Positions 38,288 through 52,688 of a DNA stretch of 64,000 nt are shown in pieces; position 1 is the first letter of the stretch, and every line of letters begins with the position of its first letter. This DNA comes from Planctomycetota bacterium (GTDB taxonomy: Bacteria > Planctomycetota > B15-G4 > SIAN01), in contig JANNXA010000051.1 of the NCBI GenBank assembly GCA_031409275.1, positions 96,001 through 160,000 on the forward strand. Reading direction: 5' to 3'. The position numbers were made by a program, and so were the translations under genes. The notes under the pieces were generated by a model that was not told where the DNA came from, did no database searches, and was given only the letters and a program-made list of their open reading frames with translations.

Positions 38288-40027
38288 ACGGCCGCACGCG
38301 TCCCCCACCGACTCGCGATCGCCGCGCTGCTGGCATTCGCGGCGCTGCTGCGGCTGCACGGGCTGACCTTCGGACTGCCCTATCCGTTCGCAGCGATCGA
38401 TGAACATCTGGTCACGGACCACGCGATCGCCTTCACCAGCGGCGACTTGAACCCGCATTACTTCGCCTACCCCGCCGGCTCCTTCCTCCTGCATGCGGGC
38501 GCCTACCTCGTGGCGTGGCTCTTCTCGCCGCAGCCGACGCTCGCGGAATTCCGCGCCCACTTCTGGGTCGCGCCACAATCGCTGATCCTCGTGAGTCGCT
38601 GCGTGACGTTGGCGACCGCGCTGCTGGCCGTCTGGGGCTGCGGGCGGCTCGCGGCCGAGTTCGCGCGACAGGTCGGCGCGCGCGCCACGCGACGGCCGGC
38701 CGCCTGGATCGCGACCGCGGCCGTCGCCGCCTCGCTCCTGCACGTCGCGAATTCGCGCTGGACCACCGTCGACGCCCCACTCGTCGCGGCGGCGACGCTT
38801 GGCATGGTGCTGGCGTTGCGCCATCGACGACGCGGCGGATGGGGCAGCGCCGCCGGCAGCGCGCTCGCGATCGGGATCGCGGCTTCGTTCAAGTACTACG
38901 GCGCCCTCTTCGCCAGCGCGCTCGCCCTCGCCGTCGTGCTGCGCGCGTGCGACGAGCGGGCCACCTCGCCGCGCTGCGCCCGTTGGCGGAGCAGCGCCGC
39001 GCGCCTTGCGGCGGCCGGCTTGCTGACGGCGGCGACCTTCCTCGCCGCGGCTCCCTACACGCTGCTCGACTTCACGACCTTCCAGTCCGACTTCGCCACG
39101 TTGCGCACGCACATGGAAGGCGGCCATTTCGGACACGATCCCACTCGGTCGGGCGCGGCCGTCTACGCCGCTCACCTCCTGTCCCCGCAGGTCGGACCGT
39201 GGTTGCTGATCGCGGCGGCGCTTGGCGGGCTGCTGGCGCTGCGTCAACGGACGGGGCGCGCCGCGCTCGCCATCGTCGTCGTCCCGGCGCTGCTCCATTT
39301 CGCCCTGATCGCGCAGTTCCGCGCCCAACCCGTCGACTATCTGCTGGCGCTGCTGCCGACGCTCGCGGCAGGTGCCGGAGTCGCCGCCGCCGGTGCGGCC
39401 GCGTGGGTGGCTTTGCGAACGGGGCGTCGCACCGCGCTGGTGGCGTTGCTGGCGCTCGCCACTCCCTTGCTCGCGGGCGCGACCGCCGCGTGGCAGCAGG
39501 GCAACGCCTTGTCGCGTCCCGACAGCCGCGTGGTGATGCGGCAGTGGATCGAGGCGAACCTGGCGCCGGGCACCCTGATCGCCGCCGATACCTGGCTCGA
39601 CCTGCCGCTGACCGTCGAGTGCCTCGAGCAGATGCGCGCCGCGAAAGCCAGCGGCGATGCGATTCCGCAACGGCGCGCCCGCGATGAGCCGCTCGAAGCG
39701 CTGGATGCCAAGCTCGCCGCCGCACGCGGCGACGCCGGGCGACGCGCCTTCGACTTCGCCTACCTCTCGCCCATCGAGATCGGGCTGCGCGATGAGCTCT
39801 TCGCGCTGCTCGGCGAACACGGCGGGCGTTGGCTCGTACTCGACGGCAGTCGCGCCAATCGCGCGGCCCGCAGCGGCCCGGCGCTCGCGGAGTTGACCGA
39901 GTGGTATCGACGCCACCTCGACGGGCCGCAGGTCGTCCTTCGGATCGACGCCGCCGACGGCAAGTCGAGCGGTCCGCCGCTGGCGCTGCTCGACCTCACG
40001 CTGCCGCTCGCTCCCGCAACGCGCTGA
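38288..40027 (+). CDS. GT39/ArnT-like (GT-C) membrane glycosyltransferase; start uncertain, possibly ACG
   Basis: LRLHGLTFGLP...IDE...LNPHYFAYP, SRWTTVD, GIAASFKY, PYTLLD; many TM helices. Confidence 0.75.
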   Translation, partial: TAARVPHRLAIAALLAFAALLRLHGLTFGLPYPFAAIDEHLVTDHAIAFTSGDLNPHYFAYPAGSFLLHAGAYLVAWLFSPQPTLAEFRAHFWVAPQSLILVSRCVTLATALLAVWGCGRLAAEFARQVGARATRRPAAWIATAAVAASLLHVANSRWTTVDAPLVAAATLGMVLALRHRRRGGWGSAAGSALAIGIAASFKYYGALFASALALAVVLRACDERATSPRCARWRSSAARLAAAGLLTAATFLAAAPYTLLDFTTFQSDFATLRTHMEGGHFGHDPTRSGAAVYAAHLLSPQVGPWLLIAAALGGLLALRQRTGRAALAIVVVPALLHFALIAQFRAQPVDYLLALLPTLAAGAGVAAAGAAAWVALRTGRRTALVALLALATPLLAGATAAWQQGNALSRPDSRVVMRQWIEANLAPGTLIAADTWLDLPLTVECLEQMRAAKASGDAIPQRRARDEPLEALDAKLAAARGDAGRRAFDFAYLSPIEIGLRDELFALLGEHGGRWLVLDGSRANRAARSGPALAELTEWYRRHLDGPQVVLRIDAADGKSSGPPLALLDLTLPLAPATR

Positions 40028-40046
40028 GGCGGCGCCGCATGCTCGA

Positions 40047-41555
40047 TCAGGGCGTGGCGCGCGCCGCGAGGTCGGGGGCCGCGACGCGACGGAAGCTGCG
40101 GCCCGAGAAGAGCGATCCGAGGCCGACGTAGAAGAAGCCTGCCGCGAAGAGGGTCATGAAGAAGACCACCATCCAGACCTGGTGGATCACTCCGACCCAG
40201 ACGATCGCGAGCATGTAGCAACCGAAGGCTAGCTCGACGAACGGCATCAGCCCCGCAAGGCTCTTGTAACGGCGCTTGGGCGCGACCGTGTGACGCTGCT
40301 GATCGGTGACGTCGTACTTCGGCGTCCGCACGAACGGCGTCTCGTACGAGCAGAGCGCCTCGATCACGGCGCGCGCATTGTTCACCGCCAGGCCGATGCC
40401 CAGAGCGAGCACCGCCGGCAGGAACTTGAGCCCGCGCCGCCAATGCGGGTCGATCTCGCGCTGCGCCGCCGTGTAGAACGAAAGCACGGACGCCGTCGCG
40501 AGCACGAACACCGACCAGTCGAAGAGCGAGCTGCGCAGCCGATCGGGCTCGGCGAGGCGGGCGATCAGCGCCGGCAACATCAACAGGCACATCGCGAGCA
40601 TCAGCAGGTAGCTCAGGTTCGCGGTGAGGTGGAACGTCGCCTCGCTCTTCACCTTGAACGGGAGGTCGCTCTTCCACACCGCCGGCAGCACCTTGAGACC
40701 GGTCTGGATCGAGCCCTTGGCCCAGCGATGCTGTTGCGCCTTGAAGGCAGTCATCTCGACGGGCAACTCGCCCGGCGCGGTGAAGTCGCGCAAGTAGATG
40801 AACTTCCAGCCGTTCATCTGGGCGCGGTAGGAGAGGTCGAGGTCCTCGGTCAGCGTGTCGTGCTGCCAGCCACCCGCCGCTTCGATGGCCGTGCGCCGCC
40901 AGATGCCGCCGGTGCCGTTGAAGTTGAAGTGGCGCCCGGAGCGATTGCGCGCGGTGTGCTCGATGACGAAGTGCCCGTCGAGGAGCATCGACTGCAGCCG
41001 GGTGAGCACGCTGTAGTCGCGATTCAGGTGGCCCCAGCGCACCTGCACCATGCCGATCTTCGAATCGGTGAAGTAATCGACCGTGCGTTCGATCGTGTCC
41101 GGGACGGGCAGGAAGTCAGCGTCGAAGATGGCGATGAACTCGCCCTTCGCGGTGGCCATGCCGGCGGCGAGCGCTCCGGCTTTGAATCCGCGACGATCGA
41201 CGCGGTGGTGGTAGCTGATGTCGACGCCGCGCGCGCGCAGTTCGTCGACCTTGCGGCGCGCCAGCTGCTGCGTTTCGTCGGTCGAGTCGTCGAGGACCTG
41301 GATGTCGAGGCGATCCGCTGGCCAGCGCAGCTGCGCCACGGTCTCGAGCAGGCGCTCGACGACGGTCGCCTCGTTGAAGAGCGGCAACTGGACCGTCACC
41401 CTCGGCAAGACCGTGAAGCGCTCGGTCGGAGTCGGATTATCGCGTCGGTGGCGGTAGTAGAGGAACATCAGCGCATAGCGGTGCAGTCCGTAGACGGAGA
41501 GCAGCGCCAGCAACCCGAAGTAGACGATCAGTACGGTGTCGTGCCACGACTTCAT
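40047..41555 (-). CDS. GT2 cellulose-synthase-like glycosyltransferase
   Basis: [49 protein letters not shown] (D,D,D,QxxRW). Confidence 0.92.
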   Translation of the reverse strand: MKSWHDTVLIVYFGLLALLSVYGLHRYALMFLYYRHRRDNPTPTERFTVLPRVTVQLPLFNEATVVERLLETVAQLRWPADRLDIQVLDDSTDETQQLARRKVDELRARGVDISYHHRVDRRGFKAGALAAGMATAKGEFIAIFDADFLPVPDTIERTVDYFTDSKIGMVQVRWGHLNRDYSVLTRLQSMLLDGHFVIEHTARNRSGRHFNFNGTGGIWRRTAIEAAGGWQHDTLTEDLDLSYRAQMNGWKFIYLRDFTAPGELPVEMTAFKAQQHRWAKGSIQTGLKVLPAVWKSDLPFKVKSEATFHLTANLSYLLMLAMCLLMLPALIARLAEPDRLRSSLFDWSVFVLATASVLSFYTAAQREIDPHWRRGLKFLPAVLALGIGLAVNNARAVIEALCSYETPFVRTPKYDVTDQQRHTVAPKRRYKSLAGLMPFVELAFGCYMLAIVWVGVIHQVWMVVFFMTLFAAGFFYVGLGSLFSGRSFRRVAAPDLAARATP

Positions 41556-41681
41556 GCGAGACGATTCGCTCCATCCCCGCCCCTCTTGGGGCATCAGGCG
41601 CCGACGCCGGATGTCCGGCTCGTGGAAAACGCGGCATAGTAGCGCGCCCATTCCCCCGACGGAATCGAGCCGGTAACTCCC

Positions 41682-45810
<4,129 letters not shown>

Positions 45811-45905
45811 ACAGGAAAAAGGTGCCTGCCCGTGAGACTCGCTGGCGCCACCCCGGATCGCCGATACCTGATCCATCGTCGACTCAGGCGGGGGATGGTG
45901 CAGCG

Positions 45906-47063
45906 ATGGGGCTACTCGGGACGCTGCTTGAACGAATCGGCTGGCGCCGCGCGGCGGCGAAGGCACCGGCGACACCGGTGGGAAGCGCTCCGCCTCGCGT
46001 CGTCGTGACGCAGACTCCGGTCGCAGCGCAGCCGCCATCGCCATCGCCATCGGCCCCGCAAGCAGCGGCGGCTCCCACCCCGCACAAGGCTCCGGCGCCC
46101 ACGGCGGCGCCGCCCGCGGCGCTGAGCGCCGAACAGCTCGACGCGCAGCGCAAGGAACAGGAGCGCGCCGCGCCGCTCCACTCGTTCCAGGCATCGATCC
46201 TCGACGCGCGCTTCCAGGAACTCGACGTCGACCATCGCTTCGTCGACGAGATGGGTGCGCTGCTCCAGCGATCGCGCGATGACTTCGCGCTGCCGCCCGC
46301 TGCCGCCTTCGACGTGATGCGACTCCTCGACAACGCCACCTACCCGGTGAAGAAGGTTTCCGCCGCGATCTCCTGCGACCCGGCTCTCGCGGGAGCGGTG
46401 CTGTCGCTCGCCAACTCGCCGCTGCATCGCGGTTCGGTCGCCGTCGAGAGCGTGCCGAACGCCGTCGTGCGCCTCGGCCAGCGCCATCTGCGCCTGCTGC
46501 TGATGGACATCGCGCTCCATTCGACGCGCGTCCACGGCCGTCCGTACGAGGCGTTCTCGACGCTGCTGTGGAAGCACTCGCTGCTCACGGCGCAGCTCGC
46601 CCATGCCATCGCTGGCGTCGTGCATGTCGACCAGGAACACGCCTACATCGCCGGCCTCTTCCACGACATCGGCTGCCTCGCGGCCCTTTCCGCCTCTCGC
46701 CGCGTGGCGTTGCGCCAGGAACGCCACATCAGCCCGCAGACGCTGCTCGCGATCCTGCGTCGCTTCGGCTACGAGTTGAACGAGCCGATCGTCTCGCGGT
46801 GGCGAGTGCCGGAAGCGGTCGCGCGCGCCGTGGCGAATCGTCGCGACCTCGCGAAGGCGGGCGACCACGCGAGCCTCGCGGCGGTCGTCGAACTCGCCAA
46901 TGAGCTGTCGCGGCCGTTCGGCGCCTGGGTCGAGAAACGCGAGATCGACCTTCCCAACCACCCTGCGGTGGTCCACCTGCAGGTCGATCTGGGACGGCTT
47001 CCGGACGCGAACACCATTCTCGAACTCGCCGGCAAGATCGAACGAGTGGCGAAGATCGGCTGA
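45906..47063 (+). CDS. HDOD domain protein
   Basis: DPALAGAVLSLANS...AVVRLG, LWKHS, AYIAGLFHDIG, W..PE.V. Confidence 0.9.
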   Translation: MGLLGTLLERIGWRRAAAKAPATPVGSAPPRVVVTQTPVAAQPPSPSPSAPQAAAAPTPHKAPAPTAAPPAALSAEQLDAQRKEQERAAPLHSFQASILDARFQELDVDHRFVDEMGALLQRSRDDFALPPAAAFDVMRLLDNATYPVKKVSAAISCDPALAGAVLSLANSPLHRGSVAVESVPNAVVRLGQRHLRLLLMDIALHSTRVHGRPYEAFSTLLWKHSLLTAQLAHAIAGVVHVDQEHAYIAGLFHDIGCLAALSASRRVALRQERHISPQTLLAILRRFGYELNEPIVSRWRVPEAVARAVANRRDLAKAGDHASLAAVVELANELSRPFGAWVEKREIDLPNHPAVVHLQVDLGRLPDANTILELAGKIERVAKIG

Positions 47064-47077
47064 GCTAGTAACTCTGC

Positions 47078-48904
47078 ATGAACGCGCCCCGCAGCGTCGC
47101 CGAACTCCTCTTCGCGCAGGCGCGACGCCACGGCGCGCGACCGCTGTTGCGATTCAAGGAACAAGGCGCCTGGTATCACTGGAGCGCGGAACAGGCCGCG
47201 CATGCGGTGGCCAACCTCGCCGCGCACCTCGTCGCGCTGGGGCTGCCGCCCGGAGCGCGCGTCGCGATCCTCTCCGAGAACCGTCCCGAGTGGCTCCTCT
47301 CCGATCTTGCGTGCCTCGCAGCCGGACTGATCGATGTGCCGCTCTATGCGACCTGCCCGGCCAATGAGCAGATCGAGCTGCTGACACGCAGCGGCGCCGT
47401 CGCGCTGTTCGTCTCGACGCCGGAGCAGTGGCGCAAGATCGCACCCGCGCGCGCCACGCTGCCGGCGCTGTGCCACGTCATCGGTTTCGAGCATCGCGAC
47501 TTCGGCGACCCGGCGGTGCTGCCGTTCGCGTCGCTCGCGGCCGAGGCGACGTTCGCCGGCGCGGACACCGCGGCGGTCGAGGTGAAGCGGCGGCTCGCGG
47601 CGCTCACTCGCGCTGACGTGGCCACCATCCTCTACACCTCGGGAACGAGCGGCGAACCCAAAGGGGTGCAGCTCACGCACGGCAACCTGCTGTCCAATTG
47701 CGAAGCGATCCTGCAACACATCGCGCTTGGCCCCGACGACCTCACGCTCTCCTTCCTGCCGCTGTCGCACAGCTTCGAGCGCACCGCCGGCCACTACGCG
47801 CTGCTGCTCGCGGGCGGCGCGATCGCCTACGCGAGCGATCTCGACGCGGTCGCGCAGGAGATCCGCGAGGTGGCGCCGACGCTGCTGCTCGGCGTGCCGC
47901 GCTTCTACGAGAAGGTGCACGATCGGATCCTCGGCAACCTCGAACGCGCGCCGCGCTACCGCCGAGCCCTCTTCGAGTTCGCGCAACGCGTCGCCGACGA
48001 GACGCGTTCCTACCGGGAGGCGTCGGGCAGCGGCGGCGCCTTGCCGCTCAAGCTGCGTTTCCGTCATGAGCTCGCCGAGCGGCTGGTCCGCTCGCTGATC
48101 CGGCGGCGCTTCGGCGGGCGACTGCGTTTCCTGGTCAGCGGCGGCGCGCCGCTCGACCCCGAGCTCGTCCGCTTCTTCGAACAGATCGGCCTGCCGCTGC
48201 TCGAAGGCTACGGGCTCACCGAGTGCTCGCCGGTCGTCGCCTGCAATCGTGTCGGGCGCGCGCGCGGCGGCACGGTCGGCGAGGTCCTGCCCGGCGTCTC
48301 CGTGAGCTTCGCCGACGATGGCGAGATCCTCGTGCGCGGCGACAACGTGATGGCGGGCTACCTCGACGAGCCGGAGGCGACGCGCGCCGTGATGACCGCC
48401 GACGGGCGGCTCTGCACGGGCGATCTCGGCCACCTCGATGTCGACGGCTACCTGCATGTCACCGGCCGCAAGAAGGACCTGATCATCGGCTCTGGTGGCA
48501 AGAACGTCGCGCCTGCGCGCATCGAGGAGATGTTGAAGCGCCAGCGCATCGTCGCGGACGCCTGCGTGATCGGCGATCGACGCCCCTACCTCGTGGCGCT
48601 GCTCGTCCCCGACGAAGCAGCGCTGAAGACGCTGCTCGCGGAACGTGGCATCGACTGGAGCGGGCGCGCCGAGATGCTGCTCCGGCCGGAAGTGCAGTCG
48701 CTCTTCGCCACGGCGATCGAACAGGTGAACCAGGCGCTCGCGCCGCCCGAGCGGGTGCGCCGCTTCGCGCTCCTGCCCGAGCCGTTCAGCGCTGCCGCGC
48801 GCGAACTCACGCCGACGCTGAAGGTCCGGCGCGCGGCGGTGGCCCAGCGCTGGGCCGCGCAGATCGAGGCGCTCTACGCGACCCCCCATCGCGGCGCTCT
48901 GTGA
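47078..48904 (+). CDS. Long-chain fatty acid-CoA ligase
   Basis: YTSGTSGEPKG, SGGAPL, EGYGLTE, TGDLG, GRKKD, ELTPTLK. Confidence 0.92.
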   Translation: MNAPRSVAELLFAQARRHGARPLLRFKEQGAWYHWSAEQAAHAVANLAAHLVALGLPPGARVAILSENRPEWLLSDLACLAAGLIDVPLYATCPANEQIELLTRSGAVALFVSTPEQWRKIAPARATLPALCHVIGFEHRDFGDPAVLPFASLAAEATFAGADTAAVEVKRRLAALTRADVATILYTSGTSGEPKGVQLTHGNLLSNCEAILQHIALGPDDLTLSFLPLSHSFERTAGHYALLLAGGAIAYASDLDAVAQEIREVAPTLLLGVPRFYEKVHDRILGNLERAPRYRRALFEFAQRVADETRSYREASGSGGALPLKLRFRHELAERLVRSLIRRRFGGRLRFLVSGGAPLDPELVRFFEQIGLPLLEGYGLTECSPVVACNRVGRARGGTVGEVLPGVSVSFADDGEILVRGDNVMAGYLDEPEATRAVMTADGRLCTGDLGHLDVDGYLHVTGRKKDLIIGSGGKNVAPARIEEMLKRQRIVADACVIGDRRPYLVALLVPDEAALKTLLAERGIDWSGRAEMLLRPEVQSLFATAIEQVNQALAPPERVRRFALLPEPFSAAARELTPTLKVRRAAVAQRWAAQIEALYATPHRGAL

Positions 48905-48938
48905 TCGGCCGCTCCGCCGCGGTTGAATCAGCGACCCC

Positions 48939-50780
48939 ATGGACGCTCCGCTGCCGCTCCCCACGCTGACGGCCCGCCTCGACGCGGCCTTGCGCCGCCA
49001 CGGCGAGCGACCGCTCGCCATCACTCCGGGGCGCGACGCTGCCGATCGCGTGCTGACCGCGCGCGCCGCGCGTGACGCGGCCGGTCGCTTCGCGGCGGGA
49101 CTCGTCTCGCTCGGCGCGCGCGCGGGCGAACCGGTGCTGGTCTGGAGCGAGAATCGCGAACGCTGGCTGATCGCCGAGCTCGCGCTGCTGCTGATCGGCG
49201 CGCCGGGTGTGCCGCGCGGCGCCGAAGCTCCCGCCGACGAGATCACGTTCATCGTCGGCAAGGTCCGCGCACGCATCGCGATCGTCGAGAAGCCAGAACT
49301 GCTGCGCCGACTCGCCGCCACCCACCCGCAGGTCGAGCACGTCGTGCTGCTCACCGGCAGCGATCCCGACGGCCGCGCGTTGACGTTCGAGCAGTGCCTC
49401 GAACTCGGCACCACCGCGAGCGCGATGCGGCTGCTCGCCGAAGAGCCGGCGCGGCGCCGACCCGACGACATCGCGACGATCGTCTTCACCTCGGGCACGA
49501 CCGGCCGCCCCAAAGGCGTGGTCCTCACGCAGGCGAACCTCGCCGCCAACCTCACGCAGGTGCTGTCGATCATCGACTTCGTGCCGGCCGGCGCCACCGG
49601 CCTGTCGATCCTGCCACCGTGGCACATGTTCGAGCGGATGGTCGAGTACGCGCTGATCGAGCTTGGCGTGCAGTTCGTCTACAGCGATCGGCGCCGCTTC
49701 GCGAAGGACCTGGCGCAATGGCGGCCCGCGGTCCTGCCGGCGGTGCCGCGGCTCTGGATGGCGATCGAGGAAGGCGTCCGCCAGAAGCTTTCGAGCGCGT
49801 CGCCGCGGCGCCGCGCACTGATCGACTACGCGCTGCGCCGCGGCGTCGCCCGGCAGCGCCTGCGTCGCATGGAACGCTCGGCCGGCGATGCGACGCCGTC
49901 CGCGTGGTCGCGCCTCTCGGCGCCGCTCGACGCGGTGCTGCAGCGATTCGTGCTCCGCAAGATCGCGCGCGCCCTCGGAGTCGATCGCCTCGCCGGCGGG
50001 CTGCCGATCAGCGGTGGCGGCTCGTTGCCCGATCACGTCGACCTCTTCTTCGCGGCGATCGGAGTACCGCTGCTGAACGGCTACGGGCTTACCGAGACCT
50101 CTCCCGTGCTCGCGCTCCGGCGACCGCGGCACGTGCGCGGCGGCACCGTGGGTCCGCCGTTGCCCGCCACCGAGATCGAGATCCGCCGATTGGAGGATGG
50201 CACGCCGCTTCCGCGTGGCGAACGCGGAGTGATCCACGCGCGCGGGCCACAAGTGATGGGCGGCTACTTCGAGGAACCGAAAGCGACCGCGGCGGTGCTG
50301 GCGCGCGATGGCTGGTTCGACACGGGCGACCTCGGCGTCCTCACGGCTGACGGCGAACTCGCGATCACCGGACGCGCGAAGGAGACGATCGTCCTGCTGT
50401 CGGGAGAGAACGTCGAGCCCGAACCGCTCGAGAACGCGCTGACGGCTTCGCCATGGATCGCGCAGGCGCTCGTCGTCGGACAGGATCAGAAGCAGCTCGG
50501 CGCCCTGCTCGTCGCCCGCCTGCCCCAATCGGCGCCGCCGCCGCCGCGCGAGCAGCTCCAGGCGTTGCTCCGCGCGGAACTCGATGCGCGCGTGTCGACC
50601 GCGGCCGGCTTCCGGCCCCACGAGCGGATCGGCCGGTTCGTACTGCTCGACGAGCCGTTCACGGTCGAGAACGGCGGCCTGTCGCAGACGCTCAAGATCA
50701 AGCGAACGGTCGTGCTCGAGCGCTGCGCGAAGCAGATCGAGGCGCTCTACCGCGCAGGCGGCGACGACTCCGCGAGCTGA
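48939..50780 (+). CDS. Long-chain fatty acid ligase, Aas/AAE15-like (possible acyl-ACP synthetase)
   Basis: FTSGTTGRPKG, ILPPWHMFER, ISGGGSLPDHVD, GYGLTETSP, GWFDTGDLG, GRAKETIVLLSGENVEPEPLE. Confidence 0.88.
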   Translation: MDAPLPLPTLTARLDAALRRHGERPLAITPGRDAADRVLTARAARDAAGRFAAGLVSLGARAGEPVLVWSENRERWLIAELALLLIGAPGVPRGAEAPADEITFIVGKVRARIAIVEKPELLRRLAATHPQVEHVVLLTGSDPDGRALTFEQCLELGTTASAMRLLAEEPARRRPDDIATIVFTSGTTGRPKGVVLTQANLAANLTQVLSIIDFVPAGATGLSILPPWHMFERMVEYALIELGVQFVYSDRRRFAKDLAQWRPAVLPAVPRLWMAIEEGVRQKLSSASPRRRALIDYALRRGVARQRLRRMERSAGDATPSAWSRLSAPLDAVLQRFVLRKIARALGVDRLAGGLPISGGGSLPDHVDLFFAAIGVPLLNGYGLTETSPVLALRRPRHVRGGTVGPPLPATEIEIRRLEDGTPLPRGERGVIHARGPQVMGGYFEEPKATAAVLARDGWFDTGDLGVLTADGELAITGRAKETIVLLSGENVEPEPLENALTASPWIAQALVVGQDQKQLGALLVARLPQSAPPPPREQLQALLRAELDARVSTAAGFRPHERIGRFVLLDEPFTVENGGLSQTLKIKRTVVLERCAKQIEALYRAGGDDSAS

Positions 50781-51451
50781 CCTCCCATGCGCGCGGGCAA
50801 CTGCTCGGCGATGGCGGTCATCACCTCGTCGCGCAGCAGGCGACGTGCGTCGCGTGGCAGCACCCCAGGAGCCGCCGCCGCCGGAGTCACCACGCGCGAG
50901 AAGCGGACTTCGACTGCACGCGGTTTGGGGAAGCCGCCGCCGCGCGGCAGCGCGTCGAAGGTGCCGACCAGCGCGGCCGTGAGCACCGGCGCGCCGCCCT
51001 GAAGCAACAGCGACGCGACGCCGAGTTGCCCCTCGCGCAGCCGACCGTCGTCGCTGATCCCGCCTTCGGGAAAGATCCCGACCACGCGCCCGCGCCGCAA
51101 CGCCGCGAGCGCCAGGCGCATCGCCTCGACGTTGGTGGCGCCATCCTGGACGCGGATGCACCCGAAGAGGCGCATGACGAAACGGTAGCCCGGCGCATCG
51201 AAGACGCTCGAGGTGACCAGGAAGGTGATGCGACGGCGCACGGCCAGTCCGAGCATCAACGGGTCGAGGTAGGAGACGTGGTTCGCCGCGACGACCAGCG
51301 CGCCGCTCGGGAACGGGCTCGGTCGACGGCGCACACGGAAACGGAACCAGGCGATGCAGAAACCCTGGGTGAAGAACCAGAGCGCCGCGTGCAGCAACAG
51401 GAAGGGCTGGCGCGGCGGCGCCAGCCCTTCGTCACGAGACCCGGGCGACAA
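50747..51451 (-). CDS. plsC: 1-acyl-sn-glycerol-3-phosphate acyltransferase
   Basis: ANHVSYLD and IFPEG motifs. Confidence 0.88.
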   Translation of the reverse strand: MSPGSRDEGLAPPRQPFLLLHAALWFFTQGFCIAWFRFRVRRRPSPFPSGALVVAANHVSYLDPLMLGLAVRRRITFLVTSSVFDAPGYRFVMRLFGCIRVQDGATNVEAMRLALAALRRGRVVGIFPEGGISDDGRLREGQLGVASLLLQGGAPVLTAALVGTFDALPRGGGFPKPRAVEVRFSRVVTPAAAAPGVLPRDARRLLRDEVMTAIAEQLPARMGGQLAESSPPAR

Positions 51452-51475
51452 CGACGAGCCCGCGCGAACGGGTCG

Positions 51476-52555
51476 TCACTTCTTCATCGCCGCCTTCTTC
51501 GCCCACTCGGAAGTCGGGAACTCCTCGGCGCAGCGGCTGAAGAGGATCTTGGCTCGCTTCTGGTTGTTCTCGCCCTCGCGCGCGCCGAGGCAGAGGCCGC
51601 CCTTGTAGAGCGCCTCGCCGAGCAGCTCGCTCTGCTTCAGGCTGTCACCGTAGTGGAAGATCGTGCGGAAGAAGAGGAAGAGCGCCGCGTCGTAGTCCGC
51701 CTTGCTCGGCGTTTCCTTGGCGAGGTAGGTCGATCCGAGCCCGTTGTAGGCACCCGCCACGATCGCGATGTCGGACGCGGAGGCCTGGCGGTCCTTGATG
51801 ATGTCCTCGAAGAACTTCTTGGCCTTGTCGACCTGCTTCTGGTCGATCATCACGTAGCCGACCCGAAGACGCGCCATGTTGGCGACGTCCGGGAACTCGG
51901 CCGCCTTGCCTTGCAGCTCCTGGTAGCCAGTGAGCGCCGCCTTCGAGTCGCTCTTCTCCAGCAGCTCGAGCAGGCGGAAGTCGGCCAGCAGCTCCCAGCG
52001 CGCGCCGAGGTTCTTCAGCGTCACCTGCCCCTTCAGCTGCTCGTAGGTCTTCTTCGCCTCTTCCGGCTTGCGCAGCGCACGCTGGCACATCGCGATGCGC
52101 TCGTAGCAGTCGCCGAAGAAGCGGGTCTTCGGAACCGCGGTGAGCAGTTCGTTGTACGCCTTGATGGCGTCCTCGAGCTTGTTCGAAAGGCGCATGCACT
52201 CGGCGACGTTGAAGAGGCCGTACTGCTTCTCCCAGTTCTTCGCGCCCGCTGCAGCGGTCTTGTAGAAATCGGCCGCCTTGGCGTAATCGCCGACCGCGAA
52301 GGCGTCGTCGCCGAAGCCATAGAACTTCGAGCGCTTGGTGTAGATGACCTCGCGCACCTTGGCCGCCGCGTAGTTCTGCGGCGCCGGGATCCCCTTCTGC
52401 CGATAGACGACCCCTTCGTAGGTCTCGTCGGTGACGGTCACATCGGCGCGCGTCTCGCCCTTGAACAGGACGATCTCATCGGCGCGCGCGTGAACCGCCA
52501 GCGCGGCGAGGAGGAGAGCAGCGAGGGAAGCGCGGAAGAACTTCGAGTGCGACAT
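51476..52555 (-). CDS. Exported TPR-repeat protein
   Basis: Signal peptide ending ARA-DEI; TPR-like helices; C-terminal EFPTSEWAKKA. Confidence 0.8.
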   Translation of the reverse strand: MSHSKFFRASLAALLLAALAVHARADEIVLFKGETRADVTVTDETYEGVVYRQKGIPAPQNYAAAKVREVIYTKRSKFYGFGDDAFAVGDYAKAADFYKTAAAGAKNWEKQYGLFNVAECMRLSNKLEDAIKAYNELLTAVPKTRFFGDCYERIAMCQRALRKPEEAKKTYEQLKGQVTLKNLGARWELLADFRLLELLEKSDSKAALTGYQELQGKAAEFPDVANMARLRVGYVMIDQKQVDKAKKFFEDIIKDRQASASDIAIVAGAYNGLGSTYLAKETPSKADYDAALFLFFRTIFHYGDSLKQSELLGEALYKGGLCLGAREGENNQKRAKILFSRCAEEFPTSEWAKKAAMKK

Positions 52556-52688
52556 CGGGGGCGGCTCCACTACGTTCAGGTTCTCGTGCGTGAGGGTCTT
52601 GCTCGGGATCCTTCGCGCATCCGAGCTCGGCGCGGAAAGGCGGAGGATCAAAGCTGTCGTTGCGAACACGGTCAAGGTGAACGGAGAG

